Notes under the pieces: generated by a model
Database searches by the model: none
What the model was told of the DNA's origin: nothing
Seen by the model: the letters and a program-made list of their open reading frames with translations, nothing else
IMG/VR virus record: IMGVR_UViG_3300028833_000078
Source: a virus
Lineage: Duplodnaviria; Caudoviricetes
DNA: 64,000 nt
Direction: 5' to 3' (one strand)
In this document: piece by piece, positions 11,035-21,935 of the stretch
Position numbering within the stretch: position 1 is the first letter of the stretch
How the letters are laid out: the number at the start of each line of letters is the position of its first letter
Program-made: the position numbers and the translations under genes

Positions 11035-12238
11035 ATGATATTAAATGAAAAACAACAAAAAGGACTTGATCTTGCTGTTGCTCGTTTTAGAGATGGACAA
11101 AAATATACAGTAATTGCTGGTTATGCAGGAACGCGGAAAAAGTACGTTAGTTAAATTTATAATTTCTGCTCTTGAACAACAATACAATATAGACCCAGAG
11201 AAAGATGTTGTCTATACATCTTTTACAGGTAAGGCTACTCAAGTGTTGCAAAAGAAAGGAAATAAAAATGTTAGCACTTTGCATAAATTACTTTTTGAAA
11301 GTATTCCAAATCCAGATGGAACATTTTTTAGAAGACCAGTAACCTCTATTGATTATAAAATTGTTGTTGTAGATGAATGCTCAATGGTTCCAAAAGAATT
11401 ATTAGAAGCTTTATTTAAACATAATTGTTATATTTTATGTCTAGGTGATCCTGGCCAACTACCGCCAATAAATAAAGATGATGATAATATGCTTCTTCAA
11501 AATCCCGATATTTTCTTAGATGAAATTATGAGACAAGATGAAGATAGCGAAATTATAGATTTAACAATGAAGATTCGTAATGGAGAACCATTACAACGTT
11601 ATGAAGGAAAAGAAATTCAAATTTTAAATAAAAATGAATTGACAACAGGAATGCTCTTGTGGGCAGATCAAATTATATGTGCAACAAATTCAATGAGAAC
11701 TTCATTAAATAATCAAATGCGTGAATTGACTGGCCATGAAGGTGAGCCACAAGATGGAGATAAAATCATTTGTTTAAAAAATAATTGAGAGATTTTTTCA
11801 GATGATTATAATCCTTTAGTAAATGGAACAATAGGATATTTAAAAAATCCTTTTTCAACAAATCTTCATTTGCCACCTTTTATTACTTCTACCCATAAAG
11901 CAGAGACAATTCCAGTTACAATGGGCGAGTTTGTTTCTGATACAGAAGAAAACTATGGAAATTTAGTAATGGATAAAAAATTAATTGTTGAAGGTGAGGC
12001 TGGTCTAGATTGACGCACATCTTATAATATGAGTAGACATTATAAATTTCGTAGCGCAATTCCGCAACAATTTACATACGGATATGCAATCACTTGCCAT
12101 AAGAGTCAAGGCAGCGAATGGGACAAAGTTTTGGTAATTGAAGAAGGTTTTCCTTTTGACAAGGAAGAACATAGACGTTGGTTATATACTGCGGCAACCC
12201 GTGCTGCTAAAAAATTAGTAATTATTAAAAAGGAGTAA
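11035..12238 (+). CDS. RecD/Dda-like SF1B helicase (~400 aa; +1 shift at CGG 11134; TGA=Trp x2)
   Basis: LNEKQ; AGYAGT-G-KST Walker A exists only after skipping C11134; FTGKA, TLHKLL, VVDECSM, LGDPGQLPP, YAITCHKSQGSEW, YTAATRA. Confidence 0.9.
11134..11137 (+). other. CGG +1 frameshift site inside Walker A (ACG c GGA AAA AGT)
   Basis: Restores GxxGxGKS. Confidence 0.9.
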
Positions 12239-12240
12239 TT

Positions 12241-12396
12241 ATGATAGATTATGGCTGTTTAAGTTTAGAAGATAGAATTTACAATATGTTGATAGATGAA
12301 AATGAATTATTAAAAGAACAATTAAAAAACAAGGATGAACAAATTAAATTTTTAACACAATTAATTGAAAATATATGGAGAGAAAAACATGATTAG
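12241..12396 (+). CDS. small coiled-coil hypothetical protein
   Basis: AAGGAG RBS; MIDYGCLSLEDRIYNMLIDENELLKEQLK...; ends TAG. Confidence 0.55.
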   Translation: MIDYGCLSLEDRIYNMLIDENELLKEQLKNKDEQIKFLTQLIENIWREKHD

Positions 12397-12601
12397 TTAT
12401 GAAGATAGAATTCGTAATATACTTATTTTTATAAAATTAATTTGCATTCAAGCCAATGGATATGATTTAAAAAGAATTATTAATAATTTATGTTATGGAG
12501 AATATAAATTGCAAGATGCTTTAGTAGATTGACTTAAATCAGGAAATAAATTTTTTTATCCTTGAGAAGAAATATATAAGGAGTTTTTTGATGAAGATTA
12601 G
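12389..12601 (+). CDS. hypothetical protein (TGA=Trp x2)
   Basis: GGAG RBS; overlaps both neighbours; open only with TGA read-through. Confidence 0.5.
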
Positions 12602-13067
12602 ATTGAGTTATTTTTATCAAATAAGAAATTTTAAAGTAAATATGATACCTGTCTCGACTGCGTTATGAGACCCAAAGTGATTCCATGATAACCAAGGACC
12701 ATATTATATCTTCCAAGATAAACGTGGTATTCTTAATGGTCTTCGTTTAGAAGCTATTATATCAAAAGCAAGACAATGCGAATGTAGTTGTCCTTGTGAA
12801 GATAAAGATAGTTCTACTTGTAAATTTCTTCAATCTTATAGAGAGCAATTAAAAAAAGTAGACTTTAATAAAATGATTAATGATATGGAGGATTTTGCAA
12901 TAGAATATCAAAAAAGCGAAGGCTTTGAAGAAGAACCTATTATGGTATTGATAGTTTATGAAGTACCAAAAAATTTATGCAGCGAAAGACAGGCTTTAAT
13001 AGATTATTTTAATGAAAATGGAATAGAATGTAAAGAATTAAAATATCCAATAAAGGAGAATTATTAA
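12591..13067 (+). CDS. DUF488-like protein (TGA=Trp x2)
   Basis: MKIRLSYFY...STAL(W)DPK(W)F...YREQL...LIVYEVPKNLCSERQAL...GIECKE; in frame with ORF 12873. Confidence 0.6.
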
Positions 13068-13720
13068 TGAAGAGTTATACTAAAAAAGGCTTATACAATA
13101 GCTATGATAAAAAACATAAAGAACGTGATTCATTAGATTATTATTCTACCCCTAGCGCGGAAGTAACGAATATCTTAAATGAATTAAATTTAGATTTTAA
13201 CAATATGACTATTCTTGAACCATGCTGTGGCGGAGGCCATATGTATAAAGGCATTCAAGATTATATTAATCAACATCCAGATAATTATCCCGACGCAATC
13301 ATTGCCACAGATGTTATGGAACGAGATGCGGGAATCGCCTTTCCGCATGAAACAGGAGAACAATATGATTTCTTAAGTGATAATTATCAACTTCCTGTTG
13401 ATACGCATATAGATTATATTATTATGAATCCTCCTTATTCTACTATTGAGCCATTTACAATCAGAGCGCTTGAAATTGCGGAACGAGGAGTCCTTTTATT
13501 AGGGAGACTACAGTTTCTTGAAGGAAAAGGAAGATATGAAAATATTTTAAAAGATAATCCTCCTACTGATGTTTATGTTTATGTTGATAGAATTAAATGT
13601 TATAAAAATGGAAATACTCAAGATTCTGAACCATCTGCTCAAGCTTACGCTTGGTTTTATTGGGATTTAAAAGCGGAAACCGCGCATCCTCCTTACATAC
13701 ACTGGATCAAGCGCGCATAG
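13067..13720 (+). CDS. orphan DNA amino-methyltransferase (probably m6A)
   Basis: DYYSTP, ILEPCCGGGH (motif I), IIMNPPY (motif IV), AWFYW. Confidence 0.85.
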   Translation: MKSYTKKGLYNSYDKKHKERDSLDYYSTPSAEVTNILNELNLDFNNMTILEPCCGGGHMYKGIQDYINQHPDNYPDAIIATDVMERDAGIAFPHETGEQYDFLSDNYQLPVDTHIDYIIMNPPYSTIEPFTIRALEIAERGVLLLGRLQFLEGKGRYENILKDNPPTDVYVYVDRIKCYKNGNTQDSEPSAQAYAWFYWDLKAETAHPPYIHWIKRA

Positions 13721-13725
13721 GCGAA

Positions 13726-13754
13726 TTGATTTTTATAAAAATTTATGATATAAT
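13726..13754 (+). promoter_or_regulatory. sigmaA-type promoter with extended -10
   Basis: TTGATT-17-TATAAT with TGn; nearly identical to 6003..6031. Confidence 0.7.
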
Positions 13755-13783
13755 TTATATAGAATAATAAAAGGAGGGGTTAA

Positions 13784-16700
13784 ATGAATAGTCAACGTTT
13801 TGAAGTTCATAGTCACACACATTATAGTAATTTTCGTTTACTTGACTGTATTAACCGCCCTAAAGACTTAATTAATCGAGCTATTGACCTTGGGTTAGCA
13901 GGCATAACAATAACAGACCACGAAACACTTGCCGCACATCCAGAGGTCAATTTTTATGAGGATGAGGTACAGAAGGAACATCCAGATTTTAAAATTGCAT
14001 TAGGTAATGAGATATATTTAACTGAAACAAGAGATAGTGGGCAAAAATATTATCACTTTATTTTAATTGCAAAAAATAAAACTGGACATAGAGCTTTAAG
14101 AGAATTATCCTCAAGAGCTTGGATGAATAGTTATTGGGATAGAGGTTTAGAAAGAGTACCAACTTTAAAAAGTGATTTAGAAGAAATTTATAATAAATAT
14201 CCGAATTCTTTAATAGCAACTTCAGCTTGTCTTGGAGGAGAGCTAAGCGTTAATACATTAGCTTTAATTAATGCCGAAAAGGTAGGCGATAATGCGGGAG
14301 CACAAGAAGCTCATCAAAAAATAGTTAATTTTATGTTATGGTGTAAAAAATTATTTAAAGAAGATTTTTATGTAGAGTGCGCACCAGGATGTTCAAAAGA
14401 TCAAATTGCAGTTAATAAAAGATTAGTATCAATAGCTAAAGCATTTAATTGTAAGATGGTAATTGGCGGAGATGCGCATTATTTAAAGAAAGATGATAGA
14501 TATGTTCATAAAGCATATTTAAATAGTAAATATGGCGAAAGAGAAGTCGATGATTTCTATGAATATGCATATCTTCAAGATGATAATGAAATATTAGAGC
14601 ATTTATCTAAAAGTGAATTTAGCGAAGAATTTATAGATGAAATATATGCAAACAGCTTAGAGATATATAATAAAATAGAAAAATATAGTTTGGCGCATAA
14701 GCAAACTATCCCAAAAGTAGAAGTTAAAGATTATCCTAAATATATGTTTAAAGAACCTCGTTTTGAAGATAAGTATCCTGTTTTAACGCAATTAAGAACA
14801 TCAGATGATAAAATTGAAAGATATTGGTCTAATTATTGTTTAAATAAATTAGTAGATATGAATTTATATAATGATAAATATTTAGACAGATTAGAAGAAG
14901 AAGCTGATATCAAGAAAACAATTAGTGAAAAACTTGAAACAAATATGTTTGCTTATCCAGTAACATTACAGCATTATGTTGATATGTTTTGGGATTGTGG
15001 AAGTATGGTTGGCGCAGGACGTGGTTCTTCATGTTCTGGTTTAAATCATTATCTTTTAGGAATAACTCAGCTAGATCCAATCCAATGGAACTTACCTTTC
15101 TGGAGATATTTAAATAAAGAAAGAGTAGAATTAGGAGATATAGATTTGGATTTATGCCCAAGCAAACGTCCTTTAATATTAAAGAAAATAAAAGAAGAAA
15201 GAGGACAAAATTTCTTAGATAGCATAGATGATTTAAGTAGAAAAAATTTAGGTTGCACATTGATAGCTACATATGGCACAGAAGGAACTCGTTCAACAAT
15301 CTTAACCGCCTGCCGCGGATATAGAAGTGAAGATTATCCTGATGGTATTGATGTTGATACTGCACAATATTTAAGTTCGCTTATTCCGCAAGAAAGAGGA
15401 TTTTTATGGTCTCTTGATGATATTATAAATGGTAATCCAGATAAAGGTCGTAAGCCAAGTACTTTATTTATAAATGAAGTAAATCAATATCCTGGCCTAT
15501 TGGAGATTATGCAGGGTATTGAAGGATTGGTTAATAAAAGAAGTTCTCATGCTTCTGGTGTAATTTTATTTGATGAAGATCCATATGAATTTGGTTGTTT
15601 TATGAGAACTCCAAAAGGAGAAGTAATAACACAATATGATTTACATATGTGCGAAGCTTGTGGTATGACAAAATATGACTTCTTAGTAACAGAAGTTCAA
15701 GATAAATTGACTGAAGCAATTAGATTATTACAAAAGTATGGAGAAATAGATGAAAATTTAACTTTAAGAGAAGTTTATGATAAATATTTTCATCCGAATG
15801 TATTGCCAATAGATAATCAAAAATGTTGGGAAGCATTACAAAAAAATAATGTATTAAATATTTTCCAATTTGATAGTGACGTGGGCGGTCAAGCGGCAAA
15901 AAAAATTAAGCCTACAAATATTCTTGAGATGGCCGATGCAAACGGTCTAATGAGATTGATGACTGCGGAAAAGGGACAAGAAGCCCCAATGGAGAAATAT
16001 ATTAGATTTAAAAATAATATATCTTTATGGTATGATGAGATGACAAAATATGGATTGACCGCAGATGAACAGAAAACGTTAGAACCATATTTCTTAAGTT
16101 CGCATGGAGTTCCTCCAAGTCAAGAACAATTAATGAGAATGTTAATGGATAAAAATATTTGTAATTTTAGTTTAAAAGATGCAAATGCCGCAAGAAAAAT
16201 TGTTGGTAAAAAACAAATGAGTAAGATTCCCGCACTTCATCAACAAATATTAGACCAAGCATCAAGTCCTGCATTAGGAAAATATGTTTGGGAATGTGGT
16301 GTTGGACCTCAAATGGGGTATTCATTCTCAGTTATTCATGCTCTTGCTTATTCTTTTATAGGTTTCCAAACTATGTATATAGCAACTAATTGGGATCCAA
16401 TATATTGGAATACCGCATGTTTAGTTGTAAATAGTGGTTCATTAGAAAATGATGAAGATGATTCGTATGAAGAAGACGATGAAGGAAATATAAAGAAAAA
16501 AGAGAAGACCACAGATTATACAAAAATAGCAAAAGCTCTTGGAGATATTATTAGTAGAGGTATTAAAATTAGTTTAATAGATATAAATAAATCAAATTAT
16601 AGTTTTGAACCAGATGTCGAAAATCAACAAATATTATTTGGTATGAAGGCATTAAGTGGTTTAAATGATGGAACAATAGAGCAAATAATGGCAGCAAGAC

Positions 16701-17743
16701 CTTATAGCGGAATAAAAGACTTTATGGCACGTTGCCCATTAAATAAAACTGCAATGATTAGTTTAATTAAAGGTGGAGCTTTTGATAAATTAGAAGAGAA
16801 ATGGGGAAAAGAATTAAATATAGAGCCTAGAAAAGTTGTTATGACATATTATTTATCTCAAGTATGTGAAGCTAAAAAGAGATTAACTTTACAAAACTTT
16901 AATGGATTGATGCAATATAATTTAATTCCGCAAGAATTAGAATTTCAAAAAAGAGTATTCATATTTAATAAATATTTAAAAACAAATCAAAAAGTTGGTA
17001 AATATTTTGTATTTAATGAACCTTGTTTAAAATTTTATGAAGAATTTTTTAATAATGATTTATTAGAAGTAATTAATGGGGTAACTTGTATATTACAAAC
17101 AAAATGGGATAATATTTATCAAGCGCAAATGGATCCTGCCAGAGATTATTTCAAGGACCATCAGGAAGAATTATTAAATAAATATAATACAATATTATTT
17201 AAAGAAATGTGGGATAAATATGCAAAAGGCAATATTTCCGCATGGGAAATGGATTCATTATGTTTTTATTATCATGAACATGAATTAAAAAATATTGATG
17301 TTCATAAGTATGGAATAGTAGATTTCTTTAATTTACCGACAGAGCCAGAAGTTGATTATACATTTAAAAGAAATGGAAAAGATATTCCTATATTTAAAAC
17401 TTATAAAATCATAGGAACAGTAATAAATAAAAATGATAATAAAAACTCAATTTCATTATTAACAACAACAGGAATAGTAACAGTTAAATTTACAAAAGAA
17501 TATTATGCAATGTTTGCAAGACAAATTAGTGAAGTTGGTGAAGATGGCGCAAAGCACGTTGTTGAAAAAGGCTGGTTTATTCGTGGAACAAAGGTTATGG
17601 TAACAGGTTTCCGCAGAGATGATACTTTTGTTGCAAAGACCTATAGTAAAACAGCAACACATCAACTTTATAAAATAACAAATGTAAGAGGAACAGATAT
17701 GGAACTTGAGCATGAAAGATATCAAATTGAGGAGGTTGCTTAA
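13784..17743 (+). CDS. dnaE: DNA polymerase III alpha subunit (family C)
   Basis: PHP domain HSHTHYS...ITDHE, GAGRGSS, DIDLD, HASGV, KYDFL, YSFSVIHALAYS. 18 Trp, all TGG. Confidence 0.95.
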   Translation: MNSQRFEVHSHTHYSNFRLLDCINRPKDLINRAIDLGLAGITITDHETLAAHPEVNFYEDEVQKEHPDFKIALGNEIYLTETRDSGQKYYHFILIAKNKTGHRALRELSSRAWMNSYWDRGLERVPTLKSDLEEIYNKYPNSLIATSACLGGELSVNTLALINAEKVGDNAGAQEAHQKIVNFMLWCKKLFKEDFYVECAPGCSKDQIAVNKRLVSIAKAFNCKMVIGGDAHYLKKDDRYVHKAYLNSKYGEREVDDFYEYAYLQDDNEILEHLSKSEFSEEFIDEIYANSLEIYNKIEKYSLAHKQTIPKVEVKDYPKYMFKEPRFEDKYPVLTQLRTSDDKIERYWSNYCLNKLVDMNLYNDKYLDRLEEEADIKKTISEKLETNMFAYPVTLQHYVDMFWDCGSMVGAGRGSSCSGLNHYLLGITQLDPIQWNLPFWRYLNKERVELGDIDLDLCPSKRPLILKKIKEERGQNFLDSIDDLSRKNLGCTLIATYGTEGTRSTILTACRGYRSEDYPDGIDVDTAQYLSSLIPQERGFLWSLDDIINGNPDKGRKPSTLFINEVNQYPGLLEIMQGIEGLVNKRSSHASGVILFDEDPYEFGCFMRTPKGEVITQYDLHMCEACGMTKYDFLVTEVQDKLTEAIRLLQKYGEIDENLTLREVYDKYFHPNVLPIDNQKCWEALQKNNVLNIFQFDSDVGGQAAKKIKPTNILEMADANGLMRLMTAEKGQEAPMEKYIRFKNNISLWYDEMTKYGLTADEQKTLEPYFLSSHGVPPSQEQLMRMLMDKNICNFSLKDANAARKIVGKKQMSKIPALHQQILDQASSPALGKYVWECGVGPQMGYSFSVIHALAYSFIGFQTMYIATNWDPIYWNTACLVVNSGSLENDEDDSYEEDDEGNIKKKEKTTDYTKIAKALGDIISRGIKISLIDINKSNYSFEPDVENQQILFGMKALSGLNDGTIEQIMAARPYSGIKDFMARCPLNKTAMISLIKGGAFDKLEEKWGKELNIEPRKVVMTYYLSQVCEAKKRLTLQNFNGLMQYNLIPQELEFQKRVFIFNKYLKTNQKVGKYFVFNEPCLKFYEEFFNNDLLEVINGVTCILQTKWDNIYQAQMDPARDYFKDHQEELLNKYNTILFKEMWDKYAKGNISAWEMDSLCFYYHEHELKNIDVHKYGIVDFFNLPTEPEVDYTFKRNGKDIPIFKTYKIIGTVINKNDNKNSISLLTTTGIVTVKFTKEYYAMFARQISEVGEDGAKHVVEKGWFIRGTKVMVTGFRRDDTFVAKTYSKTATHQLYKITNVRGTDMELEHERYQIEEVA

Positions 17744-18048
17744 TGAAAATAATTAAAGAAGGTCAAAAAATAGAAAAGAGAAGTTGTTGCCCATATTGTC
17801 AATGTCAATTTGAATATGATAATACAGATATTTATATTGATTATAGCTATACTTCTCCTAATAGTTATGTAATATGTCCTGGCTGTCATCAAAAAGTATT
17901 TATTTATAATTATCCACAAATTTATACTCCAATAACTTGGCCAGAAATACCTACTTATCCATGGTGGCATCAACCGCCATATAATGGACCAACCATAACC
18001 CTAGATTCAAATTGGTCAAAAGAACATCTGGAAGGAGAAAATAAATAA
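17743..18048 (+). CDS. Zn-ribbon hypothetical protein
   Basis: CPYCQCQF...CPGC; coupled to dnaE by TAATG. Confidence 0.65.
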   Translation: MKIIKEGQKIEKRSCCPYCQCQFEYDNTDIYIDYSYTSPNSYVICPGCHQKVFIYNYPQIYTPITWPEIPTYPWWHQPPYNGPTITLDSNWSKEHLEGENK

Positions 18049-18329
18049 TGAGTATAATAAATCATCCTTCTCATTATGCAGAAGGAAGAGAATATGAACC
18101 AATAGATGTTATCGAAGACTGGGATTTAGGTTTCAGTCTCGGTAACGCAGTTAAATATATATCTAGAGCGGGGAGAAAAGACCCTAGTACAAAAATAGAA
18201 GATTTAAAAAAGGCTATATGGTATATAAATAGAGAAATAGAAAGGACGTTAGCATATGGATGCGCACAACAAAATACAGATTATTTCGATAGATGGGAAA
18301 ATCCGGAAGCGGAGCAAAGCAATTCATAG
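18048..18329 (+). CDS. DUF3310 family protein (T7 gp1.7-like nucleotide kinase domain)
   Basis: INHPSHY, EPIDVIE, FSLGNAVKYISRAGRK, EDLKKAIWY. Confidence 0.85.
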   Translation: MSIINHPSHYAEGREYEPIDVIEDWDLGFSLGNAVKYISRAGRKDPSTKIEDLKKAIWYINREIERTLAYGCAQQNTDYFDRWENPEAEQSNS

Positions 18330-18832
18330 AGTGAATGACATTAAACATTCCTAATTGCGTAAAAGCTCCTAGATATAAAGGTGCTTCCGCAGAATTAACA
18401 ACTACTAATTTTGTTGAAGCTATAAATAATGGAGAGATTATTGAAGCTACTGTCGAAGAAGATGGCTCTGTATATGGTACAAATATTAAAAATTTATCTC
18501 CTGATTATTTATATGTTTATGATTATCCACTTGAGGCTAGAGATTGTTTAAGATTTTGCCCTGATATTGAATTACTAACAGTATCATTATATTCTACTGA
18601 AAAGATTATGTTAAGAAGAGCTATTGATTTAGATTGAAACAGTTATGAATCAATAGAAGATTTTTTAAAAAAAGTTCAAAAAAGTGAAAGAAAAAATTAT
18701 AACTTAGAAGAAACTCAATGTTTTATTGGATGCTGACATCATAAAATAAAACCTAAATATATACTACAAAAAATAAAAGATTATAATGATAAGTATCACG
18801 TTTTATCAAATTTGGACAATTTTATTAAATAA
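18256..18832 (+). CDS. divergent guanylate-kinase-like protein (probable +1 shift at CGG 18304; TGA=Trp x3)
   Basis: AAAGGA RBS and ATG 18256: KIQIISIDGKI then +1 GSGAKQFIE(W)MTL...FVEAINNGEIIEA...YGT; ends TAA 18830. Alternative start at ATG 18293 (MGKSGSG). Confidence 0.55.
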
Positions 18833-18887
18833 ATTTTCACATATATAGATGGTTAATACCATAAAATACTTTTACAGGAGGATAAAA

Positions 18888-21108
18888 ATGACATCTTATA
18901 TTATTAAAAAAAGAGATGGTAGAACTCAAGAATTTAATAAGCAAAAAATTATTGAGGCTATCAAGAAAGCTTTATTAGCAGTAGAAGGTACTCTAACTAA
19001 AGCTGGAGTCAATATGGCAAGAAGAATTGCTAAATCAATTGAAGAAGAAGTTAAAAAGGGAGAAAAAGTATTTACTGTTGAAGAAATTCAAGATATGGTA
19101 GAAGAAAAACTTATGCAATCTTCTTATAAAAATGTAGCTAAAGCTTATATTTTATATAGAGAAGAAAGAAGTAAAGTTAGACAATTAAATACTCAATTAA
19201 TGAAGACTATATCTGAAAAATTAGATGCCTCTAATGTTCAAAATCAAAATGCTAATGTTGATGAACATTCATTTGGGGGAAGGATGGGCGAAGCTAGAAA
19301 TGAATTAATGAAAGATTATGCTCTTAATTATTGTATGAGTGAAAAGTCAAGAGAAAACCATTTAAATAATGAAGTGTATATTCATGATTTAGATTCATAT
19401 GCAGTAGGTATGCACAATTGCTTAACTATTCCTTTTGATGATTTACTTGCTAAAGGTTTCAACACTAGACAAACTGATGTTAGACCTGCAAATTCTGTAA
19501 ATACAGCATTTCAATTAATTGCTGTTTTATTCCAATTACAAAGCTTACAACAATATGGAGGAGTAAGTGCCAGCCACTTAGATTGGACAATGGTTCCATA
19601 TGTTCGTAAATCATTCTTTAAACATTGGAGAGATGGGCATAAGTATATAATGCAAGATCCAGATGCAGATAATTTAGTATTTCGTGATGATTTATCAATA
19701 GATGATGACTATTATAAGAAAGATGAACGAGTATATACATATGCTATGGATATGACTGAAAAAGAGATTAAACAAGCAGTTGAGGGTATGTATCATAATC
19801 TTAATACATTACAATCACGTTCTGGAAATCAATTACCATTTACTTCAATTAATTATGGCACTTGCACATCTTTAGAAGGTAGAATGATAACAAAAGCTTT
19901 ATTAGAAGGTTCAATTAATGGAGTTGGAAAAGTACATAAAACACCTATTTTCCCTTGCGGAATCTTTCAATGTATGAAAGGTGTCAACCGCGCTCCAGGA
20001 GACCCTAATTACGATTTATTTAAATTAGCATTAAGATCAACTGCACAAAGATTATATCCTAATTATGCAAATGTAGATTGGTCTACAAATGCAAGTTATG
20101 ATAGAAATAATCCAGAAACATATGTATCAACTATGCGGTTGTCGCACATACAATGGTGCAGATATAAATGCAGACCCAGGTGTTCATCCTCAAACAAAAG
20201 ATGGAAGAGGTAATATTGCACCAACAACAATTATATTACCAACTCTTGCAATGGAGGCTAATAAAAATATTGAAGAATTTATGAAATTATTAGATATTAA
20301 GATTGCTGAAGCAAGAGATAGCTTAATTGAAAGATATAATTGAATTATTAAACAAAATCCAAATTCTGCAAAATTTATGTATGAAAATGGGCTAATGCGC
20401 GGATATGATGGTAAAACTATTGAAAGCGCGATGAAACATGGTACTCTTGTTATTGGACAATTAGGACTTGCAGAAACTTTACAAATCTTAATTGGTAAAG
20501 ATCATACAACAGATGAAGGTATGGAATTAGCTAAACGTATTGAGCAATTGTTTAAAGATAGATGTGCTCAATTTAAACAAGAATATCATTTGAATTTTGG
20601 AGTTTATTATACTCCTGCCGAAAATTTATGCTATACTGCTATGAAAAAATTCCAAAAGAAATATGGAAGTATTCCAAATGTTAGTGATAAAGAATTCTTT
20701 ACTAACAGCATTCATGTTCCAGTGTGAAAACATATTGATCCATTTACAAAAATTGATATTGAAAGCCAATTAACTGGATATTCAAATGCTGGATGTATTA
20801 CCTATGTAGAATTAGATAGCGGAGCTAAAAATAATTTAGAAGCTCTTGAGCAAATAGTTAATTATGCTATGGATAAAGATATCCCATATTTTGCAATCAA
20901 TGTTCCTTGTGATACTTGTCTAGATTGCGGATATACAGATGAATTTAATGATAAATGTCCTCAATGCGGAAGCCATAATATTCAACAATTAAGAAGAGTA
21001 ACTGGTTATTTAACTGGTAATTATAAAACTGCTTTTAATAAAGGTAAACAACAAGAGACTGAAATGAGATATCAACACAGTAAACAACTAGCTAATTGGA
21101 GGAAATAA
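18888..21108 (+). CDS. nrdD: anaerobic class III ribonucleotide reductase with ATP cone (~739 aa; +1 shift at CGG 20136; TGA=Trp x2)
   Basis: IKKRDG ATP cone, YIHDLD, HNC, QLPFTSINYG, IFP, STM-G-CRT, GRGNI, TPAENLC, HVPV(W), CxxC/CxxC, RRVTGYL glycyl-radical loop. Confidence 0.95.
20136..20139 (+). other. CGG +1 frameshift site in the NrdD finger loop (ATG c GGT TGT CGC)
   Basis: Restores MGCRT. Confidence 0.9.
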
Positions 21109-21109
21109 A

Positions 21110-21601
21110 ATGGAAGACAGCACTTATATTAGATTAGCTGGTATTGAACCTAATGATATGGCTAATGGGGAAGGCGTTTGCGTAAGCGTCTTCCTTCAGG
21201 GCTGCCCTCATCATTGTCCAGGATGCCATAATCCAGAAACTTGAAATTTTGATGGTGGAGAAAAATATGCAATTGAAGATGCTATCGATGGAATACTTAA
21301 ATTAATTAGAGCAAATAATATTCAAAGAAATTTGAGTATTTTAGGCGGAGAACCGCTATGTCCTGAAAATATCGAGTTCACCGAACTATTAGCGGCGGCC
21401 GCAAAAAAGAAATACCCAAATATAAAAATATATTGTTGAACAGGCTATGTTTTAGAAGAATTAAATGAGAATAAATTAAAAAATATAGACATTTTAATAG
21501 ATGGCCCTTACCAAGCCGAAAACCGCGATATTACTCTTCCTCTTAGAGGAAGTACAAATCAACGAGTTTTATTTAATGGAATTGATTTTTTAAAAAAATA
21601 A
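21110..21601 (+). CDS. nrdG: anaerobic RNR activase, radical SAM (TGA=Trp x2); absent from the ORF track
   Basis: NGEG, QGCPHHCPGCHNPET(W), LGGEP, C(W)TGY, DILIDGPY, LRGSTNQR. Confidence 0.95.
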
Positions 21602-21610
21602 ATATATAAT
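21582..21610 (+). promoter_or_regulatory. sigmaA-type promoter
   Basis: TTGATT-17-TATAAT. Confidence 0.6.
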
Positions 21611-21644
21611 ATAATATAAAAAAGTAAAGAAAGGGATTAAAATA

Positions 21645-21935
21645 ATGTTAACAGCAACTACATATAAAGATAAAGATTATAAATTAATAGCAGATTATCA
21701 TCCAGATATTATTACTTATACAATTCAACCTCTTGAAACTCGTTTAACTGCAATAACTGCTTCAAATTTAAGAGATACAATATCGACTATGATAGAAACA
21801 GCTCCCCGCGAAGTAATAGTAAAAAACATAAGAGCAATAAAATGCCCTTGTTGTGGGGCACCTATTTCAAAATCAATAGACCATAATTGTAGTTATTGTG
21901 GAATGTATTTATCTTTAGAAAAGGAGGAAGTATAA
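21645..21935 (+). CDS. hypothetical protein with C-terminal Zn ribbon
   Basis: CPCCGAP...CSYCG. Confidence 0.6.
   Translation: MLTATTYKDKDYKLIADYHPDIITYTIQPLETRLTAITASNLRDTISTMIETAPREVIVKNIRAIKCPCCGAPISKSIDHNCSYCGMYLSLEKEEV

Noticed and set aside
12591-13720. DUF488-like gene plus MTase as a restriction or defence system
   Set aside because: No cognate nuclease is adjacent; an orphan anti-restriction MTase inside the replication operon is the simpler reading.
20089-20213. Intron or intein splitting nrdD
   Set aside because: Only one extra base separates the two halves; there is no intervening sequence or endonuclease.
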